Virus record (IMG/VR): IMGVR_UViG_3300045976_000088
Span: 1-64,000 of that record
Origin: a virus
DNA: 64,000 nt
Direction: 5' to 3' (one strand)
Part shown: in pieces, positions 28,882-37,582 of the stretch
Layout of the letters: the number at the start of each line of letters is the position of its first letter
Numbering within the stretch: the stretch's first letter is position 1
Notes under the pieces: model-generated
What the model was told of the DNA's origin: nothing
What the model saw: the letters and a program-made list of their open reading frames with translations, nothing else
Databases searched by the model: none
Translations under genes and position numbers: made by a program

Positions 28882-29516
28882 GCCGCGCGCTCAAGCAGCC
28901 GCCATCTGCGCGTGCTCATCTTTCCGGTGAAGCCGCGCTCGTCTTTCCAGCCAACCATGCCGCGGTACACGCTCTGCGCAACCAGCACGCCGCGCTGGTC
29001 CTTGCGCTTGTCGCCGTTGAAGATCGGTGCCGGTCCGTCGTCGACAGGAACCTCGCGCAGCGGCTGGCCGTGCTTCTCGTTCGCCAGGCGCTCCAGGCCG
29101 TCGGCGTGCGCGCGAGCAGCGCGGGCGCGGCTCGCGCATTCGTAGGCGGCGCCTTTGATTGCGTCGGCCCGCTGGTACTCGGTTGCTTCCGCGAACGGGA
29201 TCTTCTCGTAGTCGCGCAGCTTGGCGCTGTAGTGGCCCTTGCAGAACTCGGGCTTGATGGCGCCGGCGCGGTACTGGCCGGCCCTTATGTCGAGCAGGTT
29301 CGCGTCAGCGCGGCACTCGGCAATGATTGCGTCCGCCACCTCGCGCTGCACCTGCAGCGGTTGGTAGCGGTTTCCGCTGCACACGCCCTTGAAGTACCCA
29401 CCGTGTCCGCGGCCGACCACCTCGTAGCCGTGCTTCGCCATGCGGCCGTCGATCACGGCCTGCTCGCGGCCGCAGCACTGGCAGTTGCCGCGTAGCTGCA
29501 TGCGGGCGGCGCTCAT
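28878..29516 (-). CDS. Zn-binding hypothetical protein
   Basis: GNCQCCGR...HGY...CSG. Confidence 0.65.
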   Translation of the reverse strand: MSAARMQLRGNCQCCGREQAVIDGRMAKHGYEVVGRGHGGYFKGVCSGNRYQPLQVQREVADAIIAECRADANLLDIRAGQYRAGAIKPEFCKGHYSAKLRDYEKIPFAEATEYQRADAIKGAAYECASRARAARAHADGLERLANEKHGQPLREVPVDDGPAPIFNGDKRKDQRGVLVAQSVYRGMVGWKDERGFTGKMSTRRWRLLERAA

Positions 29517-29683
29517 GCTGCCACCCCAGCACCAGCCAGCACCGCCCGCCACTTCTCGATCAGCGCCAGCACCGCGGCCTTCTTCGCACCCACCGCGGCG
29601 GCGGCCAGGGGCACCAGGATTCGCAGCGCGCTCTCGGCGATCACCACCTCGCGGGCGGGAGCCATCACAGCAACAGCAACCAT
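29513..29683 (-). CDS. Small hypothetical protein, first gene of leftward early operon
   Basis: AAAGGAGG RBS. Confidence 0.6.
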   Translation of the reverse strand: MVAVAVMAPAREVVIAESALRILVPLAAAAVGAKKAAVLALIEKWRAVLAGAGVAA

Positions 29684-29690
29684 CTCACAC

Positions 29691-29848
29691 CTCCTTTCGA
29701 CAGTTCCAATCATACGCTTGATTGTTCGCCTGTGCGCATAGTGATGATCTTTTTTGAGCATATAGACGCTGATCTTTTATGATCATTGTGTCTTTGCATT
29801 GTGCGCACAGACGAACCATTCACGTATACTTGGAACTGTTGAAAGGAG
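29691..29848. promoter_or_regulatory. Divergent early promoter pair (inverted ~48-bp duplication) with two central operators
   Basis: Arms 29691-29738 and 29802-29848, each with -10 (TATGAT/TATACT) + TGGAACTGTYGAAAGGAG; operators 29745-29760 and 29770-29785. Confidence 0.8.
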
Positions 29849-29854
29849 ATCGAA

Positions 29855-29944
29855 ATGAAGAAGGTCGTCGAGGTGGTGATCGAGGTCGCGCACTGGGTTC
29901 TGTGCGCGGTGGCTGGTCTTGTGGCGCCTGGCGCGGGGGAGTGA
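29855..29944 (+). CDS. 29-aa hydrophobic peptide
   Basis: AAAGGAG RBS; MKKVVEVVIEVAHWVLCAVAGLVAPGAGE. Confidence 0.55.
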   Translation: MKKVVEVVIEVAHWVLCAVAGLVAPGAGE

Positions 29945-29947
29945 GAG

Positions 29948-30085
29948 ATGGAAGCGAAGCGCGACACCGTGGTGGCTGAGTGGGTCGGCCAGGACGGCAA
30001 CAAGTGGCGCGAGCTGCGGGTGTGGGTCGGCAACGGCTTCAGGTACTTCGCGCAGCGCGAGCTGAGCCCTGGCGTTTGGGTTTGA
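29948..30085 (+). CDS. 45-aa hypothetical protein
   Basis: GGAG RBS; MEAKRDTVVAEW... Confidence 0.55.
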   Translation: MEAKRDTVVAEWVGQDGNKWRELRVWVGNGFRYFAQRELSPGVWV

Positions 30086-30136
30086 TCGCAGCGACCAGCC
30101 CGGCGGCTGGTCAGTGTGATTGAAAGGAGAACCAAA

Positions 30137-30364
30137 ATGTCGAGCGCCTACTTTGCCCCACTGGTCACGGCTCCCATCGTCATCACCGACCCAGGTCAGT
30201 ATGTGACTCGCGGCGGCGAAGTGGTGATGGTTAACAAGGTTTCGCAGAAGAACGATTTTGGTTGCCGCGGCCAATACCAGAATGGTGTGCGGGAGCGCTG
30301 GCATCGAAGCGGGCGCATCTTTGCCGGCCAAGAGTCTATGAACGACATTGTTCGTCGCGCCTGA
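30137..30364 (+). CDS. Hypothetical protein
   Basis: AAAGGAG RBS. Confidence 0.65.
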   Translation: MSSAYFAPLVTAPIVITDPGQYVTRGGEVVMVNKVSQKNDFGCRGQYQNGVRERWHRSGRIFAGQESMNDIVRRA

Positions 30365-30419
30365 TCCCAGCCGCTCAGCGTCGCGTGCGGCGCTGGCGAG
30401 TGTGATCAAGGAGAGTGTG

Positions 30420-30824
30420 ATGAGCGAGATGGCGCAAGCGATGCGCATGCTGCAGGGCAACTACTCGACCGCGCTGCGGCAGATCAACCACCCGACCCAC
30501 AAGGGCCGGCCGAACCCGGCGCACGGGAAGTTCCACTTTGTCGGGACCATCCCCGCGACCTGCTGGGACGAGACGCGCAACGGCGGCTTTGGTGGCGCGC
30601 GCTTCTTCGACACCGAGGACGAGGCGATCGCCGCGGCCATCGCGGGCGGCGCGACGCGGATTCAGCGCTGCGACTGCTCGTTCGTCGACGTCGATGCCTG
30701 GATCGAGGCGAAGTGCGACGAGGCTCGCGCTGAGGAGATCGAGCACGAGGCCGCGCTGGAGCTGTGGGCCGAGCGCGGAGGGTATGCGGCGGGGCTGGCA
30801 AAGCCTGGTGCGAGGAGCGCGTGA
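30420..30824 (+). CDS. Hypothetical protein
   Basis: AAGGAG RBS. Confidence 0.65.
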   Translation: MSEMAQAMRMLQGNYSTALRQINHPTHKGRPNPAHGKFHFVGTIPATCWDETRNGGFGGARFFDTEDEAIAAAIAGGATRIQRCDCSFVDVDAWIEAKCDEARAEEIEHEAALELWAERGGYAAGLAKPGARSA

Positions 30825-31081
30825 TGGCAAGCAAGCCCCAAGACCTGACCCCTGAAGCCGCGGCCGGCTACGCCACCGGCGGCGAGCGCGTGGAGAACCC
30901 GCACCTCGCCACCTCGCCGTGCTGGTATGCGTTCGAGCTTGGGCGGCAGCTGGCGGCCAATGCGTTCCCGGCGCCGATGGGCGTGCGCATGGGGCGCGGG
31001 GACTCGATCTGGTCGAACGGCGTGCGCTGGGCGATCGGGATGGCGCACCGCAATGGCGTGACGTTCGAGCGCATCGCCTGA
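30824..31081 (+). CDS. Hypothetical protein
   Basis: TGATG coupling, GAGGAG RBS. Confidence 0.6.
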   Translation: MASKPQDLTPEAAAGYATGGERVENPHLATSPCWYAFELGRQLAANAFPAPMGVRMGRGDSIWSNGVRWAIGMAHRNGVTFERIA

Positions 31082-31130
31082 CGGCTGCAGCGGCTTGCCT
31101 TGGGGCAGGCCCGTGCAACCCGAGGAGTGA

Positions 31131-31388
31131 ATGATGAACCTGAAGCACCACCCCGGCAACGTCACCGGCGACACCTACGCGCAGGCGATGTCGCTGGTGA
31201 AGATCGATGATCGGTACCTGGTGGCTGGCGTCGACCTGGTGCCGGTGCTCGGCTGCCTGGATGCGCCGGCCGAGATCAGCACCGGTCGCATGGTGCATGT
31301 CGGCGCGCAGCACACGGCTGGGTGCGGGCTGATCCCCGCGGGGGAGTTCCAGGTGCTGACGCAGCGCGATGGGTGGCGTGCCAGCTAA
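31131..31388 (+). CDS. Hypothetical protein
   Basis: GAGGAG RBS. Confidence 0.6.
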   Translation: MMNLKHHPGNVTGDTYAQAMSLVKIDDRYLVAGVDLVPVLGCLDAPAEISTGRMVHVGAQHTAGCGLIPAGEFQVLTQRDGWRAS

Positions 31389-31447
31389 CGGCTGCAGCCG
31401 CGCAGGGCCTCGCGGGGCCCTGGCGAGTGCAACCCGATGGAGCAACG

Positions 31448-31708
31448 ATGCCCACCAACCACAACGAAACACCCCTGCAGGCGGCCGTGCGCGGCCTGGA
31501 GGAGCGCGCCGCGGCCCGCGAGCGCGCGGCCGTCGAGCTGCAGCGCCTGGCCGACGGCCGGCACGGCGCCGCCGGCATCCGCGGCCTGGTGCAGCACCAG
31601 CTGCAGCTCGGCGCCGAGCGCATGCTGGCCGAGCAGCTGGAGTTCCTGAAGCAGGCCGACGCGCTGAAGAAGCAGGCCGCTGGCGTGGCGCAGGGTCGAC
31701 TGCTCTGA
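31448..31708 (+). CDS. Hypothetical helical protein
   Basis: GGAG RBS. Confidence 0.6.
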   Translation: MPTNHNETPLQAAVRGLEERAAARERAAVELQRLADGRHGAAGIRGLVQHQLQLGAERMLAEQLEFLKQADALKKQAAGVAQGRLL

Positions 31709-31929
31709 TGGGCTACGTCAACCCTCTGCTGAAACTGCCCGCAGCGCAGAAGCTGCTGGAACTGCCGGCCGACCAGCGCGCGGTGATCGAGCAGCTGCTG
31801 CGCGAGCTCCGCGCCGATGCTGATCGTCTGGCCGAGCAGTCCTGGAAGAAGCGCAAAGGTCCGATGGCCGCGTACTGGCGAGCTGTCGCCACCTACGCTC
31901 GGCACCTGGCGCACGCGCTGAGTCGATGA
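31708..31929 (+). CDS. Hypothetical protein
   Basis: TGATG coupling; SWKKRKGPMAAYW. Confidence 0.6.
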   Translation: MGYVNPLLKLPAAQKLLELPADQRAVIEQLLRELRADADRLAEQSWKKRKGPMAAYWRAVATYARHLAHALSR

Positions 31930-32034
31930 CGGCTGCAGCCGGGCCCGTGGCGCGCTGCGGGTCCGAGTGCAACCTGATGGAGATGCTATGGCAGACAAAA
32001 GAGACTGGACGCCGCGCGAGCGCGAGGCCCTGCA

Positions 32035-32346
32035 ATGAGCAGCATCGCAACCGAAGTGGCGCGCCGGCTGATCGAGATCGGCGCGGCACGAGAGCGCCGG
32101 GCCCGTGCGCTGGTTGAGAGTAGGCGCTGGAAGCTGGTGGGTGACGCGGATGGGTACCGTAGCGCCAGCGCCCGCGCTGAGCATTACCTGGCCGAGGCCA
32201 ACCGCCTGGAGCTCGACCTGGTGTCCTACGTCAAGGGCGCCGAGGCCGAGGCCAAGCTGGTCGGCGCGCGCTGGCTGATGGACAACCACTGGATCACGGT
32301 GGAGGACTTTAACCGCGCCAAGCAGGCGGTCGGGGGTGCGTCATGA
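32035..32346 (+). CDS. Hypothetical protein
   Basis: Coupled to 16-codon ORF 31988-32038. Confidence 0.6.
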   Translation: MSSIATEVARRLIEIGAARERRARALVESRRWKLVGDADGYRSASARAEHYLAEANRLELDLVSYVKGAEAEAKLVGARWLMDNHWITVEDFNRAKQAVGGAS

Positions 32347-32792
32347 GCACTCTCGACGCGAACGCCTTCTTCGCGCAGTGGCTTCGCCTGGCGCGCGAGC
32401 TCGTATACCAGCACCCGCCGGGCAGCTATGCGCTGGTAACCGTCGATCCGTTCGCGCTGGTGAGCGTGCATTCTGGCTACTTCGATGCGCTGGAGGCCGG
32501 GCATAGGCGGTTCGGTGTGTTGGGCCCCCGCTTCTACGTGCAGCGGATCGAGTTCCGCGACGACGAGGCTACGTGGCTGGCGCAGCGCGAGGCGGCCGAG
32601 GCAGAGTATGCGAGCTGGGTGAGCGTGCCCGCGGCCAAGCGCCGGTCGCCGCGCGATCTCGCCATCGCGCGCTGCGCGAAGGAACTCGCGATGCAAGCCT
32701 GGGAGGATGGTGCGTCCGGGCGCAATCGCGTGTCGTTCGATGGCATGAACGCCTGGGTTTCCCTGCTGCTGGTCTTGCGAGGCGCGCTATGA
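32343..32792 (+). CDS. Hypothetical protein
   Basis: ATGA coupling. Confidence 0.55.
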   Translation: MSTLDANAFFAQWLRLARELVYQHPPGSYALVTVDPFALVSVHSGYFDALEAGHRRFGVLGPRFYVQRIEFRDDEATWLAQREAAEAEYASWVSVPAAKRRSPRDLAIARCAKELAMQAWEDGASGRNRVSFDGMNAWVSLLLVLRGAL

Positions 32793-33094
32793 GCGACACC
32801 ACCCGCGTCACGCTCGACGAGGCCTGCCGGCGCATCCGGCGCGCCCGGGCGGGCCAGCGCATCGCGCTGCGTGTGCACATCAAGGCGCCGGCGACCATGT
32901 TCCTGAACCCGAATGCTGCGCAAGATGGTCATCGGCTGCGGTTCGAGGACGAGCGGCATCTGGACGGCTTCATCTACCTTTCGCGGGAGGCCGCGGTGCG
33001 CGCGTTGCGCGACCTATACATCGACCACGCGGGCCGGCAGGTGGATGCGCTGGTGGAGCTGGTGGACCACGGGACGATCCTTTTCGTGAACTGA
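32789..33094 (+). CDS. Hypothetical protein
   Basis: ATGA coupling. Confidence 0.55.
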   Translation: MSDTTRVTLDEACRRIRRARAGQRIALRVHIKAPATMFLNPNAAQDGHRLRFEDERHLDGFIYLSREAAVRALRDLYIDHAGRQVDALVELVDHGTILFVN

Positions 33095-33103
33095 GATGTT
33101 AGC

Positions 33104-33307
33104 GTGCAATCACTTCAACAAACTCAATTCGGCCAGCTGCTCGGGCTGGCGGACCTGCGGCGGATCCAGGCCGCGCACGATGCCGTTGTGCTGCAGCTGC
33201 GTAGCGCCGGCGGCCGTGCTGATGATGACTGGGTGCGCAACGCCACCGCGACGTGGGACGCGCTGATCCGCGAGCTCACAGAGAAGGTTGACCCCCCGCC
33301 CGATTGA
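33104..33307 (+). CDS. Hypothetical protein
   Basis: Last ORF before terminator. Confidence 0.45.
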   Translation: MQSLQQTQFGQLLGLADLRRIQAAHDAVVLQLRSAGGRADDDWVRNATATWDALIRELTEKVDPPPD

Positions 33308-33354
33308 CGCCGCTTCTGGCTCGGTTCCCTCCTTCCGGCGACCAGCCGGTTTCC

Positions 33355-33376
33355 AGGCCCTTCGGGGCCTTTTTTC
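33355..33376 (+). terminator. Intrinsic terminator
   Basis: AGGCCC-TTCG-GGGCCT-TTTTT. Confidence 0.9.
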
Positions 33377-33411
33377 TTGATCGGATCCTTCCGGTGGACC
33401 TGATCATCTCT

Positions 33412-33780
33412 GGTTACCGATCTGAATTCTCATTGCGTGACAACAACTTAGCGGTAACCAAGCGCGGTTACCGGACTATGGTTACCGAAACCGTGGCCGG
33501 TTACCGTAACTCGGGCCGGTTTCCGCTAAGTTGTTGATTCATAACGATTCGGCGGATTGGGAACCGGTAACCAGTTTTCCCCCACCGCTCCATCATGTGT
33601 GTGTGCGTGCATGTGTGTGCGTGCGTGTGTGCGAGCGCACGCGCGTGCATGCGCACACGATGATGATGAATGATTGTTGGTTACTTGGTTACTACTACTA
33701 CTAGAGCGAGCTAAGTCCGCGTCAGCAAACAAAAAAATCGGTAACCTTGATTTGGTTACCCGTGGTTCCCGTGGGTTACC
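33412..33780. repeat. Probable replication origin: GGTWACC iterons, IHF site, alternating purine-pyrimidine tract
   Basis: Nine perfect GGTWACC; TAAGTTGTTGATT at 33527-33539; RY tract 33594-33659. Confidence 0.65.
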
Positions 33781-33908
33781 GGGTAGGAGTTCACGGAAAG
33801 TCAGTGGTCACTATCGCAGTTCACGCAAATACTTCCGAAGCCTTTACACGGATCATCAAATATGAGGCAAAATGCCCCCTACCTCGTCGGGTTGGGGGAC
33901 CAGTCGCA

Positions 33909-34424
33909 ATGGTCGAGTACATGCAACTCGTGCCGGGAAAGCTGCATTTCCGGTGCGATCGTCAGCGCGCAACGCTGAGCACGGAGGCCTGCGCCGAAAT
34001 GTGGCGCCAGGCCAATCACGAGAACATCGAAAGCCGCCTGGGCTGTCGGTGCTGCCCGCTGGGTGCTGAGCACGCCGGCGAGCGCCTGGCGAGCATGAGC
34101 GCGCTGAAGGGCACGCCAACCTGCGCGCGCTGCCACCGCGGCGCCGAGCGGCTGATCCACGGCATGCACTGCGTCAGCTGCTACAACCGGCAGCGCGAGG
34201 TGATCCGCGGCAAGAACGCCAAGGGCACGGCGCCGACGCGCATCGCACCGCTGCAGCCCCGGCGCATCTGGTTCCTGGCCGGCCGGGTGCTGACCACCCT
34301 GGCAAGCCCGCTGACGATGGACACCACCGAGCTCGTGGTGGCCGCTCTGCGCGACAGCCAGGACCGGGTGCGCTTCGCGTTCAAGGCGCAGGCGCCGCGG
34401 GCGGCCCAGCTGAGCCTCTGGTGA
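33909..34424 (+). CDS. Cys-rich Zn-binding protein
   Basis: CRCC, CARC...CVSC. Confidence 0.6.
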   Translation: MVEYMQLVPGKLHFRCDRQRATLSTEACAEMWRQANHENIESRLGCRCCPLGAEHAGERLASMSALKGTPTCARCHRGAERLIHGMHCVSCYNRQREVIRGKNAKGTAPTRIAPLQPRRIWFLAGRVLTTLASPLTMDTTELVVAALRDSQDRVRFAFKAQAPRAAQLSLW

Positions 34425-34428
34425 CCGG

Positions 34429-34767
34429 ATGGCTACCAGCGCCTCACCCCTGGCCGAAAAACGGCCCAGCGAGCCCGCCAGCGCCCACGGCGAGGCATCC
34501 GGCAGCTGGCGGCTCGTGCCGCACTGCTGCCGCAACTGCTTCGGCCGGATCCTGTCGCGGCCGCACGCCGGCGAGACCCTGTACCGCTGCAGCAACTGCG
34601 GCATGGAGAAGCTGAGCACGCGGCCGGAGTCGATCTGTGCGTGCGGCACGGCGCTGCGCACCGGCAAGAACGCCGGGCTGCGCTGCGTGCCAAACCCGGA
34701 GCCGCGGCCCGAGTGCCCGAGCGAGTACGTGGTCGAGGAGGCCTCGGGCGGGGCAAAAATGCCGTGA
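34429..34767 (+). CDS. Multi-Zn-ribbon protein
   Basis: CRNC, CSNC, CAC, further Cys. Confidence 0.65.
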   Translation: MATSASPLAEKRPSEPASAHGEASGSWRLVPHCCRNCFGRILSRPHAGETLYRCSNCGMEKLSTRPESICACGTALRTGKNAGLRCVPNPEPRPECPSEYVVEEASGGAKMP

Positions 34768-34896
34768 GCTGATTCTTAGTCTGTTGTCTTGAGCAAGCAG
34801 ACTCCGCGCAAACGCAGTAACGGCGCGGTTTTCCGGCCTTCCGGCCATCTTCAAAAACCGCGTTCGGGCTCAAGTCGGGCGCAACTGGAGCACTTT

Positions 34897-35568
34897 GTGA
34901 GGCAATTACCCGAGTTCATCACCTTCACCGGCGTCGACGATCACACCTCGATCGGCGGCATGCTGGCGCTGTCGCGCCTGTACCCGATCGAGTGGGGTGT
35001 GCTGCTGTCGCGGTCACGCCAGGGCGTGGATACGCGCTACCCGTCTTGGCAGTTCATCAGCGGCCTGATCTCGCACCATCGCGAGCTGGCGCTGTCGGCG
35101 CACGTGTGCGGGGCCTACGCGCGCGAGGTCATGGAAGACGGCCAAATCCAGGGCGTCGACGCGGTGCTCGGGCGCTGGTTCCGGCGCGCGCAGGTCAACC
35201 ACACCGAACCGAACCATGCCTCGGTGGCGCTGTGGGCGCAGCGCGTGCGCATCCAGGCGATCGTGCAGCACCGGCATGCCGACGGCTTCACGCGCTCGCA
35301 TCCTGACGTCGCGCTGCTGTTCGATGCGAGCGGCGGCCGCGGCATCCAGCCGGAGGCCTGGCCGATCGACACCAGCGGCGTCATCAAGGGCTACGCCGGC
35401 GGCCTGAACCCCGACAACGTGGCGCACGCGGTCAACGAGATCGGCCGGACGGCCCCGTGCTACTGGCTCGACATGGAGACCGGCGTGCGCGATGAGAACG
35501 ACCGCTTCGACCTGGAGCGCTGCCGCGCGGTCTGCGAAGCGGTCTACGGGAAAAGCCTGTTCGCCTGA
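34897..35568 (+). CDS. Phosphoribosylanthranilate isomerase (TrpF)-like TIM barrel
   Basis: LLFDASGGRG, GYAGGLNPDNV, WLDMETGVR..DRFDL. Confidence 0.65.
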   Translation: MRQLPEFITFTGVDDHTSIGGMLALSRLYPIEWGVLLSRSRQGVDTRYPSWQFISGLISHHRELALSAHVCGAYAREVMEDGQIQGVDAVLGRWFRRAQVNHTEPNHASVALWAQRVRIQAIVQHRHADGFTRSHPDVALLFDASGGRGIQPEAWPIDTSGVIKGYAGGLNPDNVAHAVNEIGRTAPCYWLDMETGVRDENDRFDLERCRAVCEAVYGKSLFA

Positions 35569-35605
35569 TCACCTGCGCGGGCACTCGTGACGCCACGATC
35601 ACTGC

Positions 35606-35959
35606 ATGGCTACATGCTGGCAGATCGTCACGAGGGCCCTGCACGAGCTTGGCGGCAGCGCCACGGCCGCGCAGGTGGAGCTGCACATCGGCGGCGCGTT
35701 CTACGCGGCGCGCGGGCTGGAAAGCGCGGCGAAGCACGGCCTCGTGAAGTGCTCCGGCAAGGGTGCTGCAGTGCCGTGGGTGCTCACGCAAAAGGGCATC
35801 GACTGGAGCGAGGGCCGGCTGACGACGGCAGAGCAGCGCCGCTATCCAGGTCGCGAGAGCCCGCAGTTCATCGGCATGCGCTTCGTTCCGACCTGGCTGT
35901 CGGCGCTGCCGCGCGGGATTCGTATCACCCAACCCGAACCGGAGGCCGCGCCGTGCTGA
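35606..35959 (+). CDS. Winged-helix-like protein, predicted leaderless
   Basis: ATG 6 nt after TCGTGA-CGC-CACGAT. Confidence 0.6.
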   Translation: MATCWQIVTRALHELGGSATAAQVELHIGGAFYAARGLESAAKHGLVKCSGKGAAVPWVLTQKGIDWSEGRLTTAEQRRYPGRESPQFIGMRFVPTWLSALPRGIRITQPEPEAAPC

Positions 35960-36053
35960 ACGCCGCTTTCCTCACCTGGTGCGCATGGTGGCACGCCTAC
36001 ACCGGCAACTTCGAGGCCGCCGCGCGCTGCGTGGCCGCAGCATGGGAGGCGCC

Positions 36054-36398
36054 GTGCGCTCCTGGTTCCGCAACCTGATCCGTTCCTGGGTGGCCGGCCC
36101 CGAGCTGTCGGAGCTCGCACGCTGGCGCATCGCGCACGCCCACGTGCACGGAGGCCTGAGCGAGTTCCCGCAGAGCGCCGCCGCGCTGCAGTTCCTCGAC
36201 GACCTGGTGGCCGGCCGCTCGCGCTACGGCGACCTGAACGCGCTGCGCGCCCAGCTGCGCGAGCTGCAGCCGGTGACGCCGATCGCGCCCGCCGGCTACC
36301 GGCCGCCCGAGCCGCCGAGGCGCCGGCGCGAGGACTACCTGGACGGCGACAGCATCCCCTACCAGTACCTCGTCGGAGCGTGCGGCGATGAGCGCTGA
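36054..36398 (+). CDS. Hypothetical protein
   Basis: GGAGG RBS, GTG start. Confidence 0.55.
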   Translation: MRSWFRNLIRSWVAGPELSELARWRIAHAHVHGGLSEFPQSAAALQFLDDLVAGRSRYGDLNALRAQLRELQPVTPIAPAGYRPPEPPRRRREDYLDGDSIPYQYLVGACGDER

Positions 36399-36933
36399 TC
36401 GCGAGGATCTTGAGGCCGAACTGCTAGACGCCTACGAGGCGCCGCCGGACGGCCCGCTGCACCCCGCCACCGTCGCGCACCGCGTGATGCAGCTGGACGA
36501 GCACAAGCACCTGGTCGAGAACGAGATCCGGTTTCTGTTCCTGCTGCGCTACACGCCCGACAAGCAGGGCGGCCGCGAGGTGATCGGCCGCGTGAGCGAG
36601 CCGCAGGTGCAGGGCCGCATGCGCGAGCTGTTCGAGCACCTGATCGTCAAGGCCTACGGCTTCCTGCCCGACTACATCGTCACGATCAGCGCGGACTTCT
36701 GGCGCGAGGCGACCGACCTGCAGCGCGAGGCGCTGATGCACCACGAGCTTAGCCACGTGCAGCAGGCGCTCGACCGCGATGGCGAGCCGCGTTTCAACAC
36801 GCAGACCGGCGAGCCGATCTATTGCCTGGTGGCGCACGACATCGAGGAGTTCAACAAGACGGTCGAGCGCTACGGACTGTGGAAGGATGACGTGCGGCAG
36901 TTCGCCGAGACCTGCGCGAGGGTCGAGCGGTGA
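36388..36933 (+). CDS. Phage metallopeptidase-like protein
   Basis: EALMHHELSH...HDIEEF...VERYG. Confidence 0.75.
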   Translation: MSADREDLEAELLDAYEAPPDGPLHPATVAHRVMQLDEHKHLVENEIRFLFLLRYTPDKQGGREVIGRVSEPQVQGRMRELFEHLIVKAYGFLPDYIVTISADFWREATDLQREALMHHELSHVQQALDRDGEPRFNTQTGEPIYCLVAHDIEEFNKTVERYGLWKDDVRQFAETCARVER

Positions 36934-37283
36934 GCACGCAGCCCGGAACCGGCCTGGCCCGCTTCGCCGAGGTGGTGGCGCTGCTGGTGAAGCAGCCTCG
37001 CACCATCACCGAGCTGTCGGAGGCGATGGGCCAGGACAAGCCGAACGATCAGCCGGCCCGCTACATCAACGCGCTGCGCGCCGAGGGCCTGCTGTACGTG
37101 AAGGAGTGGCGGCAGCAGCTCAATGGTCGCGGCAAGCCGTGGCCCGTCTACGCCTGGCAGCCCAGCGTGCTGGAGCTGCCCGACGCGCCGCGGCCGGAGT
37201 GCACGCCGCGCCCGCCGAAGGTCGGCAAGCGCGAGCTCGCGCGCCAGCGGCGCGAGGCCGCGTCATGCACGACGCCCGCCTGA
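36930..37283 (+). CDS. Winged-HTH protein
   Basis: PRTITELSEAMG...YINALRAEGLLYV.EW. Confidence 0.6.
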   Translation: MSTQPGTGLARFAEVVALLVKQPRTITELSEAMGQDKPNDQPARYINALRAEGLLYVKEWRQQLNGRGKPWPVYAWQPSVLELPDAPRPECTPRPPKVGKRELARQRREAASCTTPA

Positions 37284-37390
37284 AGTGCTGCCGCTGCGGC
37301 GGCACCGGCCACCTGTCGAAGGACTGCCGCATCCCGCTGCTGCCCGTGAAGAATTTGCCGACGCCCGCGCACAAGCCGGCGAAATCATGA
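37265..37390 (+). CDS. 41-aa CCHC zinc-knuckle peptide
   Basis: CRCGGTGHLSKDC preceded by C gives CX2CX4HX4C; GAGG RBS. Confidence 0.6.
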   Translation: MHDARLKCCRCGGTGHLSKDCRIPLLPVKNLPTPAHKPAKS

Positions 37391-37441
37391 TCAAATTCGA
37401 GTAACGCGCGCCGGGCGCATCCCGGCATCATTGGAGAAATC

Positions 37442-37582
37442 ATGAGCACTGGAACCGGCATCGCCATAGCTGGCGCTGCAGCATCGGCCGCGTGCGTTGC
37501 GATCTTCGCGCCGCCAGCAGTGGCGCAAATGATCTTTGCCATCCTCGTTTTCGGATTCGTTTGGTGGGTGGTGTTTTCATGA
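37442..37582 (+). CDS. 46-aa membrane protein
   Basis: GGAG RBS; MSTGTGIAIAGAAASAACVAIFAPPAVAQMIFAILVFGFVWWVVFS. Confidence 0.55.
   Translation: MSTGTGIAIAGAAASAACVAIFAPPAVAQMIFAILVFGFVWWVVFS

Larger units (their letters stand above)
30083..31974 (+). repeat. Five related intergenic stem-internal loop-stem elements
   Basis: At 30083, 30362, 31079, 31386, 31927; each begins at a stop codon and ends just before an RBS. Confidence 0.75.

Noticed and set aside
30083-31974. CRISPR array or integron attC sites
   Set aside because: Repeats are separated by whole genes, interiors vary, no cas genes, and no GTTRRRY/RYYYAAC attC ends recognised
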